From assembly GCA_032718475.1 (NCBI GenBank), contig JAUCBJ010003072.1:1-63148 (forward strand): 63,148 nt of DNA, given 5' to 3'. A program made the position numbers and the translations under genes. The notes beneath the pieces were generated by a model that was given only the letters and a program-made list of their open reading frames with translations, was not told the origin of the DNA and did not search any database. How positions within the stretch are numbered: position 1 is the first letter of the stretch; every line of letters begins with the position of its first letter. This document shows positions 26,575 to 37,000 of the stretch, in pieces. Source of the DNA: Nemertoderma westbladi. Its lineage: Eukaryota > Animalia > Xenacoelomorpha.

Positions 26575-27295
26575 ACGCGCCTGGGTGAGACGTGAAAAGC
26601 ATTACCTCGCGCCCGGGTGAGACAGGTGAAATGCGTGATCCCGCGCCTGGGTTAGACAGGTGTAATGCGTGACCCCGCGCCCGGGTGAGACAGGTGAAAT
26701 GCGTGATCCCGCGCCCGGGTTAGACAGGTGTAATGCGTGACCCCGCGCCCGGGTGAGACAGGTGAAATGCGTGACCCCGCGCCCGGGTTAGACAGGTGTA
26801 ATGCGTGACCCCGCGCCCGGGTGAGTTAGGTGAAAAGCGTAACACTGCGTCCGGGTTAGACAGGTAAAATGCGTGATTCCCCGCCCGGGTTAGACAGGTG
26901 AAAAGCGTGACCCGGCGCCCGGGTTAGACAGGTAAAATGCGTGACCCCGCGCCCGGGTTAGACAGGTGAAAAGCGTGACCCCGCGCCCGGGTTAGACAGG
27001 TGAACAGCGCGACCCCACGCCCGGGTGAGTTAGGTGAAAAGCGTGACCCCGCGCCCGGTTTAGACAGGTGAAATGCGTGACCCCGCGCCCGGGTGAGACA
27101 GGTGAACAGAGTGACCCCGCGCCCGGGTGAGTTAGGTGAAAAGCGTGACCCCGCGCCCGGTTTAGACAGGTGAACTGCGTGACCCCGCGCCCGGGTGAGA
27201 CAGGTGAACAGCGTGACCCCGCGCCTGGGTGAGTTAGGTGAAAAGCGTGACCCGCGCCCGGGTTAGACAGGTGAACAGCGTGACCCCGCGATCTG
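26575..27295. repeat. Satellite A block 2 (34-bp unit)
   Basis: GCGTGACCCCGCGCCCGGGTTAGACAGGTGAAAA tandem copies, about 21. Confidence 0.95.
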
Positions 27296-27444
27296 GAGAG
27301 GAAGGTACCCCATTGCATGCACAATCTGTTTACAATGTTTATTTCAGACTGGTACTAAAAAATAATCACATACAAAGCTGACATATCAGAAAACTAAAGT
27401 GGAACTTTTGAATAAGTTATAAGAAATTATATTAACAAACATTT

Positions 27445-28615
27445 ATATATCATTAATAACTATTTCATGGATACCATATTTCGAGTTCTTAACTAAATCA
27501 GACTACAGTAGTACAACTAATAATCAAAATTAATATAACAATTAACTGAAATATAGCTATATGATACTATAATGGCTGATAATCTTTTTGTTATACACAT
27601 ATTATAATTATCGCCTATTATAACCAACTGCCGGAAATAAGGATAACTTTATTATATCTATTGTGGTGCAGCTAAATATATAAATTAATATTTGACATTC
27701 ATATTTATCACATCAATTGAGATACCCGTTTCAAGTAAGAACTATAAAGCGATTAACTTAATTTCACATTTCAGAGAAATTATATATTACATTGCTATAT
27801 CAGAATAATTTTGAAATCTACACATTGAAATGTGTAATTCATGAAAGAATAGATTTTGAATAAAGTAATGTTTAAATAAGATATATCAACTAGTATGTCA
27901 TTTATTCTGACATATAATATGACTTGCCACGATCTCACAAGGTTAACATTGCTAGGTGCATTGCCACCCCATCAACCACCCCACCCACCTGTCACAAGAA
28001 ATGAAATGAAATGAATGTTACAACCACGACAATGCACCCCAATGAAAACCCTGCATATTGCAAGGTGCACCCTGACCACCAATAGGTGCACCCCAATATT
28101 AAAATAATACTTTCCTTGTTTTTTTTCTAATAATATAATATATTTTTCATATAATATGAAAATAACTGATAATATATTTCAACAACATAGGATTATGTTA
28201 ACTATTAGCTATCTACATAGCATTTGACATTAAATATAACTGGGTACTTTTATATTCGGCCATAGCAATTGTAATTTCACTAAAATCTGAAATTGTATTA
28301 ATCATTTTAGAGTTCTTGCTTGAAAAGGGTATCTGAATTAATGTGATGAAAATATAAATTACAAATAGTTATTGATATAAAGAGCTGCACTATAATAGGT
28401 ATAATAAAGTTACCTTTATTTTAGGCAGTTGGTTAATATAGGCAGTTTATATAATATGTATATAACAAAAATATTTCTAATCATTTATAATATCATAGAC
28501 CTATAATTAAGTTAATTGCTATATTAAAAAGGATGATTAGTTATACTACGGTGTACTGATTTAGTTAAGAACTCGAATTAAATTATCTATAAAATAGTTA
28601 TTAATTATATATTAC
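27445..28615. repeat. Long diverged inverted repeat (foldback), ~350-bp arms
   Basis: TTCGAGTTCTTAACTAAATCAG (27480-27501) is the exact reverse complement of 28556-28577. TAACCAACTGCC/GGCAGTTGGTTA and GATACCCGTTTCAAGTAAGAACT/AGTTCTTGCTTGAAAAGGGTATC continue the pairing inward. Confidence 0.85.
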
Positions 28616-29737
28616 TGATTTTTAATATAATCTATTTTGCCAAATAAAAATAGGCAGCATAATGAAGAATTTACAGTATGTTCATTACAAAAACGTAAAA
28701 AATATTGCCGTTAATGGGAAAGCATACAGTGATATCCTGATTCCATAAAATATGACAGCATTATATGAAAGTGTAATACCATATGTGATTACAGAACACT
28801 TTGAGGTGGTCGGTCATTGTCATATGTACCATAAAATTATACAGTTATAATTATTAAATATAATGAATGAAATATGAATGAATAAATGTGAAATAAATAT
28901 AAATACTATCATAACGCTGTATACCTAATAATATATCTAAGCTTAATACTAATTAATTTATTTAGAAATGTAATTATTTTAATATTTTTAATATTATTTA
29001 TTATATGTATTATTTTGAATTTTTAATAGGATAATTAATATATCATATACGCATAAATTGTACAATAATTACATCACAAATTACATACTGACAAGTAGTA
29101 GGCTACAAATGATTATGGTTGTATTGGAAGTATTATGAAATATTGGGCCAATGCGAGTATGGAAATATAACACATAAGAAACGTAAACAGGGAATACTGC
29201 ATATATGGTAATTGAATTGCAAAATAATGGGAAGTTGTACCAACACATTGATATTATTGCGCTTAAATAATTTATAACTACGTAAAGTAAAAGTTATTAA
29301 TCAATATGGCTCAGAATAAATAATCTTCATATGACCGTGTTTGTGACAGTAATAGATACAATTTTCGTGACATTATTGTTTCCATTATATCTATTGTCAT
29401 TCATTACCAGATATCAATCATCATTGCCATATTGTACTAGTAGTAAGTGTGTGCATGCAAGCAAAGGACTTTATTTTTGGATCTTCTTTTTTTCTTTAAA
29501 ATTATTTATAAAATGTATTATAATATAAAAGATTTAAAGTAATTATGTATTATAGATATTATTTATTTTATTATTTTATTATTATAGACATTTTATATTT
29601 CGTAATAATATATGACAAAGATGCCATAACTAACTATTAAGATATATAATAATTGAATAATGGATAATGTGTTTATTTAATATAGTTAATAGAATCAAAT
29701 TAGAGATATATAGATATAACTAGATTATATGAACTAG

Positions 29738-30860
29738 GGCAAAACTTTAAAGTGGAGCAAATGGATTGTGGTACTTCATACATGGCAAAATGTTAAAGTG
29801 GAGGAAAGTTATTCAGGCATGAAGTGGCAAAGTATTCTACACAAGTAAGGGCAAACATACACTCACCTCATACATGGCAAAATGTTAAAGTGGAGGAAAG
29901 TTATTCAGGCATGAAGTGGCAAAGTATTCTACACAAGTAAGGGCAAACATACACTCACCTCATACATGGCAAAATGTTAAAGTGGAGGAAAGTTATTCAG
30001 GCATGAAGTGGCAAAGTATTCTACACAAGTAAGGGCAAACATACACTCACCTCATACATGGCAAAATGTTAAAGTGGAGGAAAGTTATTCAGGCATGAAG
30101 TGGCAAAGTATTCTACACAAGTAAGGGCAAACATACACTCACCTCATACATGGCAAAATGTTAAAGTGGAGGAAAGTTATTCAGGCATGAAGTGGCAAAG
30201 TATTCTACACAAGTAAGGGCAAACATACACTCACCTCATACATGGCAAAATGTTAAAGTGGAGGAAAGTTATTCAGGCATGAAGTGGCAAAGTATTCTAC
30301 ACAAGTAAGGGCAAACATACACTCACCTCATACATGGCAAAATGTTAAAGTGGAGGAAAGTTATTCAGGCATGAAGTGGCAAAGTATTCTACACAAGTAA
30401 GGGCAAACATACACTCACCTCATACATGGCAAAATGTTAAAGTGGAGGAAAGTTATTCAGGCATGAAGTGGCAAAGTATTCTACACAAGTAAGGGCAAAC
30501 ATACACTCACCTCATACATGGCAAAATGTTAAAGTGGAGGAAAGTTATTCAGGCATGAAGTGGCAAAGTATTCTACACAAGTAAGGGCAAACATACACTC
30601 ACCTCATACATGGCAAAATGTTAAAGTGGAGGAAAGTTATTCAGGCATGAAGTGGCAAAGTATTCTACACAAAGTAAGGGCAAACATACACTCACCTCAT
30701 ACATGACAAAATGTTAAAGTGGAGGAAAGTTATTGAGGCATGAAGTGGCAAAGTATTCCACACAAGTACGGGCAAACATACGCTCTCCTCATATATGGCA
30801 AAATATGAAAGTGGAGCAAAATGGATTGTGGTATGAATTGACAAAGCATTCTGCAGATGT
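29738..30860. repeat. Satellite B block 3 (92-bp variant, ~11 near-identical copies)
   Basis: CATGGCAAAATGTTAAAGTGGAGGAAAGTTATTCAGG... recurs every 92 bp and ends ~140 bp from the RepHel stop codon. Confidence 0.95.
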
Positions 30861-31000
30861 ACAGGTAAACAAACATTCCCTCAGACTAGGGTAAAGATTA
30901 TATGGTTGATGAAAGTACAGATTTTGTTATTACTTGGCAAAGCATCCAGAGGAATGGGAGAATTGGAAAGGTAAATTTTCGGAGATATTATGAATTAAAG

Positions 31001-34000
31001 TTATCCACCAGGTGCGTCATCTTCAAACTCAACATTTCCTGATCGCGCTGGATTTGAGAGAGATCCACACTTGTGGACAACTAAAGAGGTTCGATGCAGT
31101 CTATTATATTCTGCAACAATACTAATTAATTGATTTAGGACGTATTGAGGTCCGCTGTATCGACGAATATTTCTATGAATGAATCTCTCTACATCCATTC
31201 GTCGTGCAGTTCTTTCTTCTTCAGCCTCCGAAGGAAATTGGCAAATGTAGGCAAAGATTGCCCACGGATGGAACTCGGTTCGGTTGGTAAATATGGAACC
31301 ATTTCCGCTATTGTGTTCGCGTAATCTAGTCAACATACTCCTACCTGTTTGACCTATATAGCTTATGGATGGATGCACAGTTGATATTAGCATATACACA
31401 TAACCAGTCTCTGATTCAGGAATTTCTCTGTAAAATGGCCGTAGAGGGTGTTGAACGTCAGTAATAACTCGTTGTGGGTTAGTATTATGGATATCGAGAG
31501 CTGTTAAACGTTCTTCAATAGGACCAGCCCACATTGATGTACGTGATAATGTTTCAGCCAATGCCTGACGTGTCTCTGCTCTGGGTCCAACAAAATATAA
31601 ATACTGGAATGCAGGTACTCGTGAAATTAGAACTAAAAGCTGCTCTCTCTCCCAGAGCCTAAATATCCGTTCTGATGATGAAATTTGAGTTGCAGCTATA
31701 GGGCAAGTTTCACCCATTATTCGATGTATTGTATTTGCAATAAAGTATCGAAGGGGATATTGAGTTCTTCGACCTTGAAGCAGTTGAACCCCAACTATTG
31801 ATGGTATGGTCGTAGTGCGCCCCAATGAAACTCGTTGCCATGAAGCTAGAACTGGCAATAAATTCCGTACCCCTGGTGGAACCAGTGCTACAGTTACCAG
31901 GGCATATTCATTAAACTCTTCAGGGATGTTCTGCACAATGGCAACTTGACCTTGGGAGTATTGGGTGTTCCCTTGTTGGTGGTTGCGGGTCAACCTAGTG
32001 ATGGCACCTTCGAACAGTACCAACTCTTCCGGCTCCAAACAATGACGGTTCAACTGTTGCGTCACATATGTACTAGCTGGAGCCCAATCATAGTGGTGTT
32101 GTACTTCATCTTTTGATTTAGATACGACAGTACGAGTATTCCTATCTGAGGTCTTTCTTTGTAGGAATTCTTTAACCACTTTTGCCTCTGCCTTTCGTGA
32201 TCCTACTATTCGCATGGCTTCTTGGGGTACATCACTCCATGTATTAACAAATTTGGCTTTTGCCATTATGGTGTTTAGAATCTCAATTTGCTGTGATGGT
32301 GAAATTACTGTCTGCCTCATTGATTCCAAGCAATTTTGGAGATTCATATCCGAGGCTGCACGTACATAATGTTTTAGCTGAATTACCTGGAAGGAAGTTA
32401 TAAGGTTTGTTGACATAAATATGGGCCGTCCATCAATTGGAGGCAGTTGATGTTGGTCGCCATTCATTATGAGCAGTTTACCACCAAATGGTAGATCATT
32501 ATTCATGATATTCTTCATTGTGGTATCTAGAATACCATAAAATTCCGCCGAGATTAGCCCTACTTCTTCCAATATAAAGACATTAGTACGTTTCAATAAG
32601 ATTAGTTTCATTGGGTCTTTCTTAAGACTTTGTATACATTGTCTTGCAAGAATATGGGGATGTGCATGTTTCAAACTCTTACTTGGGACGGGAAATGCAA
32701 TATGTATGTGGAATCCCCCAAGTGTTCTCGAACGTTCACTTGTCAGTGAAAGAAGGGCAGTATTGAGACCCAGTGATATGACATACAAGGTCGCAATTTG
32801 TATGAGCAAAGTCTTGCCACAACCTGGTGGTCCAGTTATCAGTAAAAACTTGGGTAATTGATTAGTGGATGGATTTAAAAATTTGTGGACAACTTGTTTT
32901 ATGGTTTGCAGTGCATTGTTTTGCTCCATTTGGGAAGCCATCGATTGGTGTGCTGCTGTAGGCAGTTCGGGATCCCAAATTAAGGGATTATCAAATGTGG
33001 CCTCCATAAAAGCTTCAGTTGTTGGGAGGTGCATCTTCGTGATAAGATCGCTATGGTTTGTTTCCACCAAATACAATTTCCGCGATCTTTCGATTGTATA
33101 GATACGCTCTGATGTTTCTTCACGAAGAGCTATGTATGATACCGAAGGGACATCACAAGATATACGTCCTTCTGACATAAGGATGTCGTCTATAGCGGAT
33201 TTAGCATTGTTCAAGTATTGCTCAAACTGTTTTGCACCAAAACAAAACGTCTGAAGTTGCTCATCAACATATCTTCTGAGTATATTGTTTGCCTCATCCT
33301 GAGTTGGATTAATGTGGTCAATGACTAGGCCTGCTTTCTGGAATGCCATTGGAAATGATATGACTTCCATTACATCTAATTCTGTTATGAATTGGCCGAG
33401 AGTTAATATGATATGGTACAGAAATTTTATACGATGACTTGCACCTATGTTGGGTATAACAGCAATGGTTTCCTTGCTATAATATACAAAACGTTTGTGG
33501 AGACTGCCATCAATATCTTCTATTTGGATTTCATTAAGAAGATTTAATATGTCATTCTTCCCCTCTTTCTCTGGCTGACTTTGTATGAAGTTGATGGCCC
33601 TGGTAATTGCACAGCTGCGTATTTTAACTTGATTGTTGAGGCCATCTATCCATGGCTGCTGGTGAATATCATCATTTACATTATGTGATGGCAATTTGCT
33701 CTTGATGACAAAGATTTCATGATAGTCAATTAGCTTATTTACTATGGAAATTTCAGGAGGGCGTATATTAAACCGCTCAGTATTACCAAGTTTATAATTT
33801 GATGAGACATACTCATGTATAAGCCTTCGTTGGTTGTGGGAGAAGTGACGCCATTGAGGAAGATTGATCCTAGTTTCTATGCTGGCAATATAGGAACCAT
33901 ATGAACCATCAATCTGTTCATTTGATTTATTTGCTGAAACAGCTGAGCGATACTCAGGGGGAAGAGTGCTAATATGAATAAAATCTGCGGTACATCGTGT

Positions 34001-37000
34001 GTATGGATACCCAAGCGCAAATCTGGCTAGCTCTGGTATTCCAATCTCACGAGAATTTGTTGCTTTCTCTTTCTCAATGGTTTGGTTTATTTTAACCCCA
34101 GATATTTTAACATTTTCCTGTTCCCCAACTTCTGTTCTTACTACATCAGGGTTCTTTGTACCAAACACCTTTATTTGCCTCCTCTCCTCTATGCCACCTA
34201 TATATTTGCATAAATAGGAGCTGGAAAATTTTCGGTCTGTAACCTGACAATTAAAAGAGCTCCTCAGGGTTAAGGCGATTTCGGCAATGGTTGGTAAATA
34301 TGTTGGAGGGCTTCTTGTTGAGTAATGATAACGGCCTGCCGTTAGACTTGGAGCCAGTACCCATTCCAACTGGTATTCTTTGTTTAAAACTCTCTGAGCA
34401 AGTCCAATCTCCTCTAGTATCGTATATATTTCTTTTGAATAAAGATCTTTCTTTACTTGAAACCAATTAGAGGAACTTGTTGGATGTGACGGTACCCTGC
34501 AGATTTTATTACCATCTTTATCTTTTCTTTTGTGACACCTTTCAGAAGCTGCTTTACAGTTATGTATTGTTACCATTTCTACTATGCTTTTAGCTTCATG
34601 GAAATCCTCCCACGAGTCCACAATTCCAGCATCCAATAAGTTGTGGAAGTCTTCCGGTCCAAAAGGCAGACGGTCAGGATCACATGTTACACGGCCCATG
34701 GTGGTCTGTATTGGTTCTGGGAATAGGGAAATGCCTCCATGGAAATGGCACTTGTTTCCCCTAGCTCCCTGGTCCTGAAACTCAGCACGGGCAAACATAT
34801 GGTGTACTGGACCGAGCCTTTCTTCGGGACTAGTTTCAATGTAGTCCATCATATACTGTGCCACTCGTTCCCATGCCCTGCAAATGAGTACCACATTGGC
34901 ATCATAAATGTTACTATATTCAGAATAAGTTTCTTCACAAAAATCTTTCATTGAATTAATGATTGGTGCAAGTCCCATAGTCGAACTCTCATTAGCTGTT
35001 ATAGTAAAAAAGTACGACCATGGATATTTGTTAATGAGAGCTGCCAGTTCTTTAACAACTCTGCTACTATTCGATTCTTCGAATTCTAGTGGTGTGTCAT
35101 GGATATCCACTTTTGTTGCACGTGATTCATCAAGGAATTCTAAGCCACGATTAAAAAATACAGAAGATGGGCGGTGATTTAACTTCATATTTATGCGCAT
35201 ATCTGCAACCCAGTGGAGGTAGTTCAAATCATGGGAGGTCGATAAATCACCATCTCGCAATCTAATCATTAACATATCTTTGTTAGACGACACGTTGTGG
35301 CATGATTTATTAGATGTTGCCTCTTTCATTGAGCTAAATATATGGTGAGGTATTGCACCTACAGTTGATCCATTATGGTTATACCAGAATGTTGTGGGAA
35401 ATATATTTCCTTCTGGGTATAATAAAGAAGTTGATGGAGCAGAATTCTTGGCAATAATTTCATTTAGTAGCTGTGCTTTCTTAGCACTTGGGTGTTTTGA
35501 AAGTTCTCGGTGAAGTATTCCATAAACATCGTTAAGGAGACAGTGGCTTGGAAAACGCTGCGCTCCAGTAACAGGGAACAGTTGTTTTCTACTATTTGCA
35601 GAAGATGGTATATCTCCTGATGGGAGAGTGTTTTCATCTGTCAAGAAGTTCTGAAGATCTTCCAAATACTCCCAATCTGAGTCTTCCTCTGCATTTTCAG
35701 GAATCACTATACCAGAATTGTCATATTCTTCATCGATTTGATGTTCATTATCAATGTTGATGTCGAGTAAGAGTTCCTCCAATTCTGCATCAGAATCTAT
35801 TTCCCCTTGATTAAGATATGCTGTTTGGTTGTCAAATAGTGGAGTTTGGTGATACCTGATTGTGATTGTTGTGGCATCACTAATGGAATACATTCGGAAA
35901 TGCTTGAGGCATACAGCTACAAGGCAATGGTATGATAATATTCCATAAGGACAGCGATGGTTTGCAGGTTTGCGACATCTTGCAACTGCACATTTGGCAT
36001 GGGACACTCTGGGCTCATTTATTAGATGTAGACCATGTTTTCCACAGGATATACGCCGTTGGCCACCTAGAGATCTTTTAATGATATCATCACGATGTTC
36101 ATTGGTATTGGTATTGATGTATAAGGCCAGTCGCCATGTATGGAACCAGGATGTTTTGTTGCAAGCTGTTGTTGCTATTCTATTGCCTCCTTTCCCAATA
36201 CTCCAAAACCGCATATTTGGCTCCCAGCGGAAAATAATTGAGTCTTCTTTGTCCTCTGTTAATACCAACATCAGGCTAAATTCCCCAATTCGGGTTTTTG
36301 GTTGAATCCCTGGAGAAGCAGTGTTTTGGCATATCACTAATTCATATAAGTCAGAACGAGTCTCAGAACGGCTTACTATCTGGTCACATGTTCGTAATGC
36401 TGACTTATTAGATAGCCGAAGCAGTAACTTAATAACTTTGTCTATAAATGGAGCTTCTGAACTTCTTAATAAACAAGGATCCTTGGCAATTTTGTCAAAT
36501 ACAACATTTATGTTGCAGGATTTTGATGGTTTGTTTAATCCTGATAATGTAGCCACTGCAGCAAGTACCCATCCCAAGAAATTATCATTCTCTGATATAT
36601 ACTTTTCAAGACAAAGCTGGTGGATCCTTCGGTTGAGGAGCAGGATGGTGGTAATGGCATTTCCAAGGGAATCATGAATACAAGAAATGTTTACTTTAAA
36701 GGGGTGAGCCCCAAAATCATTCATTGGATGAACTATAGATAATGTGAGGTTTTCTGCCCGAAACAGGTATTTGACATTGGTATTTTGAGTCTCCTGTTTT
36801 TCATTTTGGACTCGACATATTTTCCAGATATGAAAGGAATCACCAATGGAAATATAAGATCCACCATCAAGACATTTCTTAAGATCGTCACCTTGAGGTG
36901 TCATTCCGCTGTTCTCTAGACCACTTAGTTTCGATCTTACTATATTACTAGCACCTCCCCATGTGCTATTGAGATATGTTTCCCGTATGTCATCTCTATA

